This document shows positions 54,799 through 64,000 of a stretch of 64,000 bases of DNA, one piece after another; position 1 is the first letter of the stretch; the number at the start of each line of letters is the position of its first letter. The notes beneath the pieces are model-generated. The model was given only the letters and a program-made list of their open reading frames with translations, searched no databases and was not told the DNA's origin. This stretch comes from an uncultured delta proteobacterium (GTDB taxonomy: Bacteria > Desulfobacterota > Binatia > Bin18), in assembly GCA_963733195.1 (NCBI GenBank), contig CAVTCR010000026.1, positions 32,001 through 96,000 on the forward strand, in the 5' to 3' direction. Both the position numbers and the translations under genes were made by a program.

Positions 54799-54826
54799 TT
54801 GACAAAGCGATCTTGCCCCATATAGT
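54799..54826 (+). promoter_or_regulatory. Putative sigma70 promoter upstream of nuoI
   Basis: TTGACA-N16-TATAGT. Confidence 0.45.
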
Positions 54827-54866
54827 GGACGCAAAAAACGCTACATCTGACGCATAGATAGGACGC

Positions 54867-55454
54867 ATGAGACGTAAACAAGAAATGACGTTGGGGGAAC
54901 GGCTGTATGTCCCGGAGATAGTTCGTGGACTTACGGTGACTCTGTTCCATTTTTTCCGCAATCTTTCTCTGCACCTCGCCCATTTCCTGGGCTTTGCCGA
55001 GGAAACCAAAGCTGCTTACACGACACAGTATCCCGAAGAGCGTAAGCAATATCCTGATACCTATCGTGGGAGCCATCGCTTGACGTTGAAAGAGGATGGT
55101 TCGGTGCGGTGTACGGCATGCTTTCTGTGCGCGACTGCCTGTCCGGCAAACTGTATTCATATCGAAGCTGGCGAACATCCTGACCCGACAGTCGAAAAGT
55201 TTCCTGTGCGTTATGAGATCGACACCTTGCGCTGTATCTACTGTGGTATGTGTGTCGAAGCCTGTCCTTGTGACGCTATTCGCATGGACACGTTCGTGCA
55301 TCCACGGATCTGGGGATTCTCACGCACGGACTTTATTGAGCCGAAGGAAATCCTGATGGGACGCTCACGCACGCTGGCAGAGGGTGGGCGTGATTCGGTT
55401 ATGGTCGAGATGCTGGAAAGTTACCAAGAAGCTGAACGTAAATCGCTTGAATAG
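54867..55454 (+). CDS. nuoI: NADH-quinone oxidoreductase subunit I
   Basis: QYPEE, YRG.H.L, CTACFLCATACP and RCIYCGMCVEACPCDAI. Confidence 0.88.
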   Translation: MRRKQEMTLGERLYVPEIVRGLTVTLFHFFRNLSLHLAHFLGFAEETKAAYTTQYPEERKQYPDTYRGSHRLTLKEDGSVRCTACFLCATACPANCIHIEAGEHPDPTVEKFPVRYEIDTLRCIYCGMCVEACPCDAIRMDTFVHPRIWGFSRTDFIEPKEILMGRSRTLAEGGRDSVMVEMLESYQEAERKSLE

Positions 55455-55492
55455 TAACCGGGAATACTGCTGAGAATAGGGATAAAAGAATT

Positions 55493-56677
55493 ATGGCTAA
55501 GACGTACAAACAGCTCATGGAAGAAGCACGCAAAGCGATTCCAGAGGTCTCAATTGACGAAGTCAAGAATCGTGTAGAGCGCGGTGAAAATTGGACACTG
55601 CTCGACGTGCGAGAACGAGAGGAATACCGCGAAGGGCATCTTGAAGGAGCGATTTCACTCCCGCGTGGTTTCCTCGAAATGCGAGTTGAAGAAGCGGTTG
55701 CTGATAAGAGTAAGCCGATCATTGCCTACTGCGCAGGTGGGGTGCGTTCACTCATTGCTGCGCGGACCTTGAAAGAGATGGGATACGAAAACGTCGTGTC
55801 TATGTCCGGTGGCTATACAGCATGGAAAAATGCTGGTCACAAATGGGTTGCGGATCGGCAGTTTACACAAGAGCAAATTACCCGTTATGCGCGTCACTTC
55901 ACGTTACCTGAAGTGGGCGAGAAAGGACAAGCAAAGCTGCTCGAAGGCAAGGTCCTTTGCATCGGTGCCGGAGGACTTGGATCTCCTGTGGCTTTTTATC
56001 TTGCGGCTGCTGGGGTCGGAACGATCGGTATCATCGATAACGATGTCGTCGATATGAGCAACCTACAGCGACAGATCCTCCACACCAACGATCGGGTTGG
56101 CATGCCGAAGGTTGAATCTGCACAGAAGACACTGAACGCTCTGAACCCAGATGTCAAAGTGATTCCTATCAATGAGCGCCTGTCGTCAGAGAATGTCATG
56201 CGCATCATCAAGGACTTCGACATCGTTATTAATGGGTGCGACAACTTCCCAACACGCTATCTCATCAACGATGCCTGTGTGATGGCCAAGAAGCCGTTAG
56301 TTGATGGCTCGATCTTTCAGTTCGAAGGGCAAGCTACAGTATTCTACCCCGAACGCGGGCCATGCTACCGTTGCCTATTCCCTGAGCCGCCACCACCAGG
56401 AGCTGCTCCAAGCTGTGCAGAAGCAGGCGTGCTCGGTGTGCTTCCTGGTCTCGTAGGCTGCGTGCAAGCATTAGAAGCGATGAAACTGATTCTCGGGGCC
56501 GGGAGACCGCTAATCGGACGGATGATGCATTTCGATACTCTCAGCTCAGAAGTTCGTGTGCTCAAACTGCGTCGTGATCCGAATTGCCTGGTGTGTAGTG
56601 ATCATCCCAAAATTACAGAGCTGATTGATTACGAAGAATTTTGCGGTCTGCGTAACCCGAGCGCGGCACATTCGTAG
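55493..56677 (+). CDS. moeB: Rhodanese-MoeB fusion (molybdopterin synthase adenylyltransferase/sulfurtransferase)
   Basis: N-terminal rhodanese (YCAGGVRS), RYARH, GAGGLG, SNLQRQ, PCYRC, SCAEAGVLG. Confidence 0.9.
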   Translation: MAKTYKQLMEEARKAIPEVSIDEVKNRVERGENWTLLDVREREEYREGHLEGAISLPRGFLEMRVEEAVADKSKPIIAYCAGGVRSLIAARTLKEMGYENVVSMSGGYTAWKNAGHKWVADRQFTQEQITRYARHFTLPEVGEKGQAKLLEGKVLCIGAGGLGSPVAFYLAAAGVGTIGIIDNDVVDMSNLQRQILHTNDRVGMPKVESAQKTLNALNPDVKVIPINERLSSENVMRIIKDFDIVINGCDNFPTRYLINDACVMAKKPLVDGSIFQFEGQATVFYPERGPCYRCLFPEPPPPGAAPSCAEAGVLGVLPGLVGCVQALEAMKLILGAGRPLIGRMMHFDTLSSEVRVLKLRRDPNCLVCSDHPKITELIDYEEFCGLRNPSAAHS

Positions 56678-56816
56678 ATACACTCGTCCCTCATACGTCT
56701 TGCCAATTCCTGCTGGGGGACATTTAATAATGCGGTGATGGTAGTGATGGACTGAATGATCGATAGGGCACGGTACGCCGTGCCCTTTGTTTTTTACCGT
56801 CTAGGAGTAGTACGCT

Positions 56817-58670
56817 GTGGCTGCAACACAAGAAGTTATAAATCTGCAAACGCTTGCTCGCAAACTGCGTATCCATTCTCTGCGTGCAACCGCAGAAGCT
56901 GGTTCTGGGCACCCGACCTCATGTCTCTCGGCTGCTGACTTAGTCTCTGCGCTGTTTTTTCACACGATGCGCTTTGATCCGAAGAATGCCGCACATCCTA
57001 ATAACGACCGCTTTGTCCTCTCCAAAGGCCATGCTGCGCCGGTATTATACGCGGCACTTGCAGAGGCGGGTGTATGGCCTGTCGAGCAGTTGCTGACCTT
57101 GCGCAATTTGACGAGTGACTTGGAAGGACATCCCACGCCACGGATTCCATGGGTGGATGCGGCAACTGGTTCGCTTGGGCAGGGGCTCTCGGTTGGGGTT
57201 GGTCTAGCGCTCAACGGTAAATATCTGGAGAAGAGTGACTATCGCGTTTATGTGTTGCTGGGCGACGGTGAGATTGCCGAAGGCAGCGTGTGGGAAGCGG
57301 CGGCTTTGGCGACACACTATCGACTCGACAATTTGGTTGGCATTATCGATGTCAACGGACTTGGGCAAAGCCAGCGGACAATGTACAACCACGATACAAC
57401 CGTCTATCACAATCGGTTCGCGGCTTTTGGTTGGCACACCGTGACCGTCGACGGGCATGATATGCCAGCGATTGTTGCTGCACTCGATCAAGCTCGTGAT
57501 GTGAAAGATCGCCCGACCATGATTGTCGCCCGAACCTTGAAAGGGAAAGGCGTCTCTTTTCTTGAAGATCGCGAAGGCTGGCATGGTAAACCCCTGAAGA
57601 AAGGCGAGGAATTAGACAAAGCCCTCAGTGAGCTACCACTGAATGGAAGTGGTACTACTGTAAAGATTGCAGCTCCGACTGGAGCACAGTCTCGTTCCTC
57701 ATCGATGTCCGTACCGTTTCCAGCGCCTGAGTACAAACTCGGTGATAAGGTTGCAACCCGCTCAGCCTACGGGACTGCGTTGGCAAAACTTGGGACCGTG
57801 AATCCCAACATTGTTGCGCTTGATGGCGACACCAAGAACTCGACATTTGCTGAGAAGTTTCTTGCTGTGCACAAAGACCGCTATTTTGAGAGTTTTATCG
57901 CCGAACAGAATATGGTCGGTGCGGCAGTTGGTCTTGCTGCGTGCGGGAAGATTCCTTTCGTGTCGACGTTTGCAGCTTTTCTAACGCGAGCATTCGATCA
58001 TATGCGCATGGCAGCGATCTCTGGTGTGGCAATCAAATATGCCGGATCGCATTGTGGAGTCTCAATTGGTGAAGATGGCCCCTCACAAATGGGGCTTGAA
58101 GATATCGCCATGATGCGTGCTATTCCGCACTCAACGGTCCTCTATCCGAGTGATGCCGTGTCTGCTGAACGGTTAGTTGCTGCGGCAGCGAATCTCAAAG
58201 GGACGACCTATCTCCGGACTTCACGGCCAGCGACGCCAGTGCTGTATGCCAACAACGAAGAGTTTCCTGTCGGTGGAAGCAAAGTGCTACGATCGAGTAC
58301 TGATGATCGGATGACGATCGTTGCCGCGGGAATAACCCTCCATGAAGCGCTTTCTGCGTACGAGACACTGAAAGCGGCAGGAATCAACGTCAGAGTGATT
58401 GATGCTTATTCGGTGAAACCGATCGACGCACAAGGCCTTCTTGCCGCTGCCGCACAGACACGAAACACGATTCTTGTCGTTGAAGACCACTACTACGACG
58501 GCGGGCTGGGCGATGCGGTGCTCAATGCCGTTGCGACGCACGGCATCCAGGTTCACAAACTCGCAGTGACCGAAGTGCCTCGCTCCGGCAAGCCGGAAGA
58601 ATTACTTGACGCATACGGCATCAGCGCACGACGGATTGTGGAGAAGGTGAAGGGCCTAAGCGGCAAATAA
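56817..58670 (+). CDS. tkt: Transketolase
   Basis: GSGHPTSC, LSKGHAAP, TGSLGQG, GDGE...N, IAEQNM, GEDGPSQM. Confidence 0.92.
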   Translation: MAATQEVINLQTLARKLRIHSLRATAEAGSGHPTSCLSAADLVSALFFHTMRFDPKNAAHPNNDRFVLSKGHAAPVLYAALAEAGVWPVEQLLTLRNLTSDLEGHPTPRIPWVDAATGSLGQGLSVGVGLALNGKYLEKSDYRVYVLLGDGEIAEGSVWEAAALATHYRLDNLVGIIDVNGLGQSQRTMYNHDTTVYHNRFAAFGWHTVTVDGHDMPAIVAALDQARDVKDRPTMIVARTLKGKGVSFLEDREGWHGKPLKKGEELDKALSELPLNGSGTTVKIAAPTGAQSRSSSMSVPFPAPEYKLGDKVATRSAYGTALAKLGTVNPNIVALDGDTKNSTFAEKFLAVHKDRYFESFIAEQNMVGAAVGLAACGKIPFVSTFAAFLTRAFDHMRMAAISGVAIKYAGSHCGVSIGEDGPSQMGLEDIAMMRAIPHSTVLYPSDAVSAERLVAAAANLKGTTYLRTSRPATPVLYANNEEFPVGGSKVLRSSTDDRMTIVAAGITLHEALSAYETLKAAGINVRVIDAYSVKPIDAQGLLAAAAQTRNTILVVEDHYYDGGLGDAVLNAVATHGIQVHKLAVTEVPRSGKPEELLDAYGISARRIVEKVKGLSGK

Positions 58671-58828
58671 TGTAGCGGAAAGAAGCTTGGCGTAGGGAGA
58701 GTGCGAGTAGTCATTCTCCGTGTAGGCGGGAATCCAGGCTTTTCAGCAATGTTGGACACGGTGTGCCGTGCCCAGACTATTGCTATCTGCATTGACGATC
58801 TTGCTGCCCGGTTCAATAGGCAAGTGGC

Positions 58829-59518
58829 TCACTCTGCGCCAAAGTCGTTCAGGTCGAGTGTTAATGCCATTTTCTCAAACCCAGCGTAGTAAATCGGCTG
58901 GCCTAATTCACGAAACTTACGCTCAAAATCCGTAAGAATTGGCTTACCTCTCTTGTTGACGTGATCGCGTTTCCACGGGAACTGTTGCAGTTCAGGGACA
59001 TTATTGAACTGCTGCACGATCTTGACGAAATACTCCTGTACGTCTGAAGCAAGAAGAATCTTTCCTCCGGGTACGAGTGTTTGCGTGAGGGCTGTGGCGA
59101 AGTCGTCGTGAAACAATCGTCGTTCGTGATGCCGCCGTTTCCACCATGGGTCAGGAAAGTAGAGATGGTAGACGGAAACCCCGCCAGGCCACAGCGGCGT
59201 GCGTATCAAGCATCTCATGTCCGCATGGATCGCTCGGATATTTGCTGGTCCGTCGCGTTCGATCAGATACGCTAGACGAAACGCGCGGCGTTTGCAGATT
59301 TCCACGGCAAAAAAATTGCGCTCTGGCGTATGCTGGGCATGAGCGAGCAGAAACGCGCCTTTGCCAGGGCCAATTTCGACTTCAACAGGGTGGTCATTGC
59401 CAAAGATGTCTTGCCATCGCACTGTTGGTGCTGAGGAGGTCGGAGACGTGTTCATAGGGACGAGAGGTTTTGTATACTGCTTTGTAGCTGTGCTCCTTGA
59501 GTGCGAAGGATCTCTCAC
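58829..59518 (-). CDS. trmB: tRNA (guanine-N7)-methyltransferase
   Basis: VEIGPGKG, FPDPWWKRRH..RR, TDFERK. The true start may be 59455. Confidence 0.88.
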   Translation of the reverse strand: MRDPSHSRSTATKQYTKPLVPMNTSPTSSAPTVRWQDIFGNDHPVEVEIGPGKGAFLLAHAQHTPERNFFAVEICKRRAFRLAYLIERDGPANIRAIHADMRCLIRTPLWPGGVSVYHLYFPDPWWKRRHHERRLFHDDFATALTQTLVPGGKILLASDVQEYFVKIVQQFNNVPELQQFPWKRDHVNKRGKPILTDFERKFRELGQPIYYAGFEKMALTLDLNDFGAE

Positions 59519-60246
59519 GTAAGGACGCGCCCTCCATCAACATGAAATACTGACCCAGTGCTGTAGTCAGACCCGGCAATGAACGCCACCAACTCTGCCA
59601 CTTCCTTTGGGGTACCCATGCGTTTCACCAACGTCTTGTTAATCTCTCGTTGACGTACGTCTTCGGGAGTGTCGTCCTGAAACAGGACCGGACCAGGAAC
59701 AACGGCATTGACCATCACTTTTGGTGCTAATTCCATTGCTAATCCTTGTGTGAGGGTAAGCACGCACGCTTTCGCAACCGAGTACGGAACATAATCGATC
59801 CACGGGCGCAATCCGGCCACGTCTGCCATGTTGATAATATGGCCGGAGCCCCAGTCATACATGCGTAGCCCAATCTTCTGTGCGCACATAAACGTTCCGG
59901 TAAGGTTAGTGTCGATCACGCGCTCAATCTCTTCTGCCGTGAGCGTCTCGATTGGCGTACGATAAAACACTGAGGCATTGTTCACCAAGATGTCAATACG
60001 TCCAAACCGTACGATAGTGGCTTCGATCATGCGTTCAACCTCAGCCTCTTGGGTGATGTTTGCCTGGAGTGCGATCGCTTCATGGCCGGCTGCGAGTAAC
60101 TCACGAACGGTTTCCTCGGCTTCCGCTTGAGAGGCATGGTAATGAACGACGAGGTGACAGCCTCGATTGGCAAGCGTGTGGACAATGGCTTTCCCGACGC
60201 GTTTCGCGCCACCGGTGACAAGGGCGACTTTTCCGTTCAGATTCAT
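59515..60246 (-). CDS. SDR oxidoreductase, pteridine reductase/FolM-like
   Basis: TGGAKRVG, NNASVF and YxxxK (YSVAK); GAKRVG and NNAS are typical of PTR1/FolM. Confidence 0.78.
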   Translation of the reverse strand: MNLNGKVALVTGGAKRVGKAIVHTLANRGCHLVVHYHASQAEAEETVRELLAAGHEAIALQANITQEAEVERMIEATIVRFGRIDILVNNASVFYRTPIETLTAEEIERVIDTNLTGTFMCAQKIGLRMYDWGSGHIINMADVAGLRPWIDYVPYSVAKACVLTLTQGLAMELAPKVMVNAVVPGPVLFQDDTPEDVRQREINKTLVKRMGTPKEVAELVAFIAGSDYSTGSVFHVDGGRVLT

Positions 60247-60358
60247 AAATTGAGTAACGAGTAATAAGTAACGAGTGATGGGTGATGAGCAATATGTGAT
60301 GATCTTGCTTTACGAACCACGTTTCACACATCACTCATCACGTATCACGTGTTGCGTG

Positions 60359-61102
60359 TTATGTCCTCAGCGGATCATGTTGCGGCTGTAGGATGATTTC
60401 TGTCGGGCAGACTCGTAGAGAAGCCACGGCAACAGAATATACTGCCTCTGCCACATCATCCGGGCTGATCATCTTATGGCGATCGATACGGCGATTGGGG
60501 GGAATGAGGGTAGTGTCTACGTAGCCGGGACATACCGTACAGACTTTAATGCCGTACTCACGAACTTCTTCAAATAAAGATTGGCTGAACCCACGTACGC
60601 CAAACTTTGCCGCTGCATAGGCTGATTCTCCAGCTTTTCCGCTGAATCCAGCAAGGGAACTGATGTTGACGATAGTTCCTTTACGGCGTTCGATCATTGT
60701 CGGAAGGACGAGTCGAGAGAGGTACATAGTAGCCCATAAATTTACCCGCAGTGTCCATTCCCAATCCCGTAGTTGAGCTTTGACTACTGGAGTGCGTGGT
60801 GTGCCGCCACCGGCATTATTGACGAGAATATCGATGTGTCCAAACCGCTCTAAGATGACTTGTACCAATGCTTCGAGCTGTTGGTCGTTTGTTACATCGG
60901 TAGGCATGACCAGAGTCTCGGACGCACTCTGTTGTATCAGCGCTGCCACCGCATGAAGATCGGCAATCGTTCTCGCTGCTAAGACAGTCGTGGCACCAGC
61001 CTGAGCGAAACGGAGTGCAACTGCACGGCCAATACCGCGACTAGCACCAGTAATAAGGGCGACGTTTCCTTCAAGCTGTGCGTTCATCTGCTGACTTCTC
61101 AT
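60359..61102 (-). CDS. SDR family oxidoreductase
   Basis: TGASRGIG, NNAG, YAAAK. Confidence 0.88.
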   Translation of the reverse strand: MRSQQMNAQLEGNVALITGASRGIGRAVALRFAQAGATTVLAARTIADLHAVAALIQQSASETLVMPTDVTNDQQLEALVQVILERFGHIDILVNNAGGGTPRTPVVKAQLRDWEWTLRVNLWATMYLSRLVLPTMIERRKGTIVNISSLAGFSGKAGESAYAAAKFGVRGFSQSLFEEVREYGIKVCTVCPGYVDTTLIPPNRRIDRHKMISPDDVAEAVYSVAVASLRVCPTEIILQPQHDPLRT

Positions 61103-61264
61103 AGCATGCCCTTCAGTTCTCCACAGGTCCTGCCGATGACTCAATGAGAGGAGGCGAAAATTATAAAGTAAGGGTGGTGTCTTTCTCAAAGCCACTGAAA
61201 AAATTGCACCCTGGTAACTTCCTCTCAACATTGCGGAAACACAACCTCTGAAAGAATACTGCCG

Positions 61265-61765
61265 ATGGGCTTGTTCCAAACGCTCTATCAATTTTTGCAT
61301 CCAAATGAGCTTCGTGATGCGGTACGGAAATCGTATCGTGAGCACCGTCTCCACTCATCTCTTCCGGTCGAAACTCCCCCTCATCGAGCCGGACTCTATG
61401 GTGCTTTACGAGAGAGTTATAGTGTACGCGGGAAATCGGTAAGTGAATTGTATCTGTGGGCAGAACTTACCCCGTTCCTGCTTATGACTGAAGATACTGC
61501 CTGTGAGGCGTTAGCAGAATATGTCGTATACCAACAGATTCCTTCACGGGCGCGAACGGTGTGGCTGACCAAGGTACTTAGTGCTGTTTTGTGTTTGCCC
61601 GCACTTTCGAAAAGTTCTCCTCGAACTATGGCTTCAATGGCCATGATTAAAAATGTGGCGTGGTGCAAGCTGTTGGAGGATGGTGTACGAGGTTTGTTAG
61701 AGCAAGAGGTGAAAGAACTGAACAACGCCCTTGAAGATAGCAAACTTCCCCTGCCACAGGACTGA
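61265..61765 (+). CDS. Hypothetical protein
   Basis: 166-aa ATG ORF filling the gap; helical and protein-like, no motif recognised. Confidence 0.55.
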   Translation: MGLFQTLYQFLHPNELRDAVRKSYREHRLHSSLPVETPPHRAGLYGALRESYSVRGKSVSELYLWAELTPFLLMTEDTACEALAEYVVYQQIPSRARTVWLTKVLSAVLCLPALSKSSPRTMASMAMIKNVAWCKLLEDGVRGLLEQEVKELNNALEDSKLPLPQD

Positions 61766-61893
61766 GCAGTATCACTACACCGAAGTTCTCTCTGCTTTTT
61801 CGTTGATTTGTCAGAGTGTGTCCGCTAGTATCCAAGCCGCGCAAACTTCCTTATGCGCGAGATCCACTCCACAATCACGGAAAAGGAGGATGT

Positions 61894-62673
61894 ATGGCTT
61901 ACGAGTATGCCATCTACGAGAAAAAGGGACATGTTGCGACGATTACCATGAATCGCCCCGCAGTGATGAACTCCGTGCACCCACCGGCTACAGCCGAGTT
62001 GTCAGGGATTTGGGACGATGCCATTGCGGATGAGAATGTGTGGGTAGTCATTCTTACCGGTGCCGGCGATAAAGCCTTTTCTGCCGGCAACGATCTCAAG
62101 TATACCGCAACAAAAGGGTTCCCTTCAGGACCGCGTCCGAAGGGCGGATTTGGTGGTCTGACGGATCGCACGGATATCTGGAAACCACTGATTGCCGCAG
62201 TGAATGGCTTTGCTTTGGGTGGTGGGTTCGAGATGGCACTGTCTTGTGACATCATTATCGCTGCTGATCATGCACGCTTTGGTTTACCCGAACCTCGTGT
62301 TGGGCTAGCGGCACTCGCTGGTGGTGTTCATCGGCTCCCACGGCAGATGCCGGAAAAGATTGCGTTAGGGTACATGCTGACCGGTCGACATATGACCGCC
62401 CAAGAAGCCCATCGGTGGGGAATTGTTAATGAAGTGGTGCCGTTGAAGGATTTGATGACAACGGCAGAACGATGGGCCAATGAAATCCTTGAATGTGCAC
62501 CGCTCTCTGTTCGTGCCACGAAGCAAGCGGCGATGATGGGACTTGGCCTACCTTTAGCTCAGGCCCTTGCCGGTCACTATCCAGCGATTCAGCAGATGAT
62601 GTCGTCTGAAGATGTGAAAGAAGGGCCAACGGCGTTCGCAGAAAAACGTAAGCCGAATTGGAAAGGGAAGTAG
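61894..62673 (+). CDS. Enoyl-CoA hydratase/crotonase family protein (CaiD-like)
   Basis: AFSAGNDLK, IAAVNGFALGGGFE, FGLPEPRVG, AFAEKRKPNW; RBS aggagga. Confidence 0.9.
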   Translation: MAYEYAIYEKKGHVATITMNRPAVMNSVHPPATAELSGIWDDAIADENVWVVILTGAGDKAFSAGNDLKYTATKGFPSGPRPKGGFGGLTDRTDIWKPLIAAVNGFALGGGFEMALSCDIIIAADHARFGLPEPRVGLAALAGGVHRLPRQMPEKIALGYMLTGRHMTAQEAHRWGIVNEVVPLKDLMTTAERWANEILECAPLSVRATKQAAMMGLGLPLAQALAGHYPAIQQMMSSEDVKEGPTAFAEKRKPNWKGK

Positions 62674-62718
62674 GAGTGAGGATTTGGGAGTTAGGGTTTG
62701 TAAAAAAGAGGACAAGGA

Positions 62719-63183
62719 GTGAACAAATATCAGTACTCTTCCTCGAAATCCCAAATCCTAAAGCCCAACTCCCATGTGTCTACGCTCCGCGTTCGTTACG
62801 CCGAGACCGATCAAGCCGGAATGGCACACCATTCGGCTTTCCTGCCCTGGTTCGAGGTCGGTCGTGTTGAGTTATTACGTAGCCTTGGCAAACCCTATCA
62901 GGAATTTGAAGCCGAAGGGTTATATTTCCCGGTACGAGAAGTCTTTTGTCGCTATTGGATGCCTGCACGTTTCGATGATCTCTTGCATATTGCTACCACG
63001 GTGGAAGACGTCGGTGGCGCAAGTGTACGGTTTGGCTACCGTATCATACGCGAAGCCGATGAGGTTCTGATTGCCGAGGGCTCGACCCTTCATGCTTGTG
63101 TGGATGAGACAGGAAAAGTGAAGAGGCTTCCTCTTTCAGTCAGGGTAATGTTGGCCGGAACGGGCGTGAGGCCTAATTCTTGA
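62719..63183 (+). CDS. Acyl-CoA thioesterase (YbgC/4HBT family)
   Basis: RVRYAETDQAGMAHH..F..WFEVGR, PARFDD. Confidence 0.87.
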   Translation: MNKYQYSSSKSQILKPNSHVSTLRVRYAETDQAGMAHHSAFLPWFEVGRVELLRSLGKPYQEFEAEGLYFPVREVFCRYWMPARFDDLLHIATTVEDVGGASVRFGYRIIREADEVLIAEGSTLHACVDETGKVKRLPLSVRVMLAGTGVRPNS

Positions 63184-63718
63184 CGATTCGGAGTTGATCG
63201 CGGTAGTGCTTCTGCACTCGGCGTAGAAAGGCATGGGTTTCTGGCCATTGATAATCTGGATAGGTATACACAAAGGGATGAAACTCGCCATGATAATACA
63301 AGAGGGTGACTTCGGCATAAATCCCATGCGATAGATACAGACGATGCGCCTGATCCTTCGTGGAAGCAAGCACGAGTTTTGTGGCGTCAACATACCCTGG
63401 GTCGAGATTCACGCGACGAGGAGATGTTGGGCTCTCGCCCTCTGAGAGTGATGTTTCTAGTGCGTTCGTCGCGAGTTTGATACTCGCCAAGGCATCTGGC
63501 GCAATCAGCGTTTCAAACGTTATAAATTTCCGCAGTAAGTTTTCTCCCATCTCCTTGCGATAATAATTAGTCATATTCCAGGGAAAGGTCTCGCTTTCGA
63601 GGTCGACGAGGCCATATTGCGACTGCAGGTGTGTGATACTTAGCGAAAAGAACGCTGGATCGCTACTCAAAAGAGCAACAAACAGTTTGACTGGTTTTGG
63701 AGAAGTGGGAAGGCCCAT
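63173..63718 (-). CDS. DUF4416 family protein
   Basis: T.YY..EMG..L.R, K..TN..E, R.VNLDPGY, LASTK...HR.YL..GIYAE, TYPDY. Confidence 0.85.
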   Translation of the reverse strand: MGLPTSPKPVKLFVALLSSDPAFFSLSITHLQSQYGLVDLESETFPWNMTNYYRKEMGENLLRKFITFETLIAPDALASIKLATNALETSLSEGESPTSPRRVNLDPGYVDATKLVLASTKDQAHRLYLSHGIYAEVTLLYYHGEFHPFVYTYPDYQWPETHAFLRRVQKHYRDQLRIVKN

Positions 63719-63724
63719 ACTTCA

Positions 63725-63855
63725 TTGAAAAAGGGGGAAATGGGCAAATGGGGAAAAGGTAAAACGGGAAAAAACGAGAGGAGTCGATCTTCTTATTCCC
63801 CTATTTCTCTTTTTATCCGTTTCCCCTTTTATCCGTTTCCCCTTTTCTTCCCCTC
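63725..63855. repeat. Purine-rich / pyrimidine-rich inverted short-repeat array
   Basis: ggggaaatgggcaaatggggaaaagg... followed by ...ttttatccgtttcccc repeated twice. Confidence 0.6.
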
Positions 63856-64000
63856 AGTCCGAGCAGTCGGTCATACACAACATGCGCAACCTCGTCTTTG
63901 CTCATGATTGGCAAGGTTTCCATTCGTTCGCTGCGATCGATAAGGGTTACGATGTTGGTGTCATGCGCAAAGCCTGCACCTTCTTGAGTCACATCATTGG
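63813..64000 (-). CDS. coaBC: C-terminus of bifunctional CoaBC (partial)
   Basis: Manual translation NDVTQEGAGFAHDTNIVTLIDR...LPIMSKDEVAHVVYD, a typical Dfp/CoaBC C-terminus. Confidence 0.82.
   Translation of the reverse strand, partial: NDVTQEGAGFAHDTNIVTLIDRSERMETLPIMSKDEVAHVVYDRLLGLRGRKGETDKRGNG

Noticed and set aside
3357-63855. CRISPR array
   Set aside because: Repeats are dispersed palindromes or 7-8-mer tracts. No regularly spaced repeat-spacer units and no cas genes were seen.
1-64000. tRNA, rRNA or riboswitch genes
   Set aside because: None recognised by eye. A tRNAscan-SE/Infernal run would be needed to exclude them.

Overview
Bacterial chromosomal segment of moderate GC. Gene style (Amidohydro_2, class III cyclase-ATPase, PPOX, orphan SsuA-like binding proteins, abundant REP-like palindromes) suggests a Binatia/Tectomicrobia-like lineage, which is inference only. 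Many conserved genes carry single-base frameshifts, most likely long-read consensus errors. The standout is a highly divergent copper membrane monooxygenase (CuMMO, pMMO/AMO family) operon at about 35.8-39.9 kb in the order pmoD-like, C, A, small novel ORF, B. It is followed by a membrane-anchored two-domain multicopper oxidase and a cupredoxin. It keeps the CuB, CuC and CuD ligands, has lost most residues of the proposed PmoA tricopper site, and carries the alkane-type Ala in subunit C. Other content: a partner-switching cascade coupled to glgP and ppc; a small defence/IS630 island; alcohol and GMC dehydrogenases; a RAYT with cognate REPs; a binding protein-kinase-adenylate cyclase module; and housekeeping genes (der, queG, erpA, folP, nuoI, moeB, tkt, trmB, coaBC).
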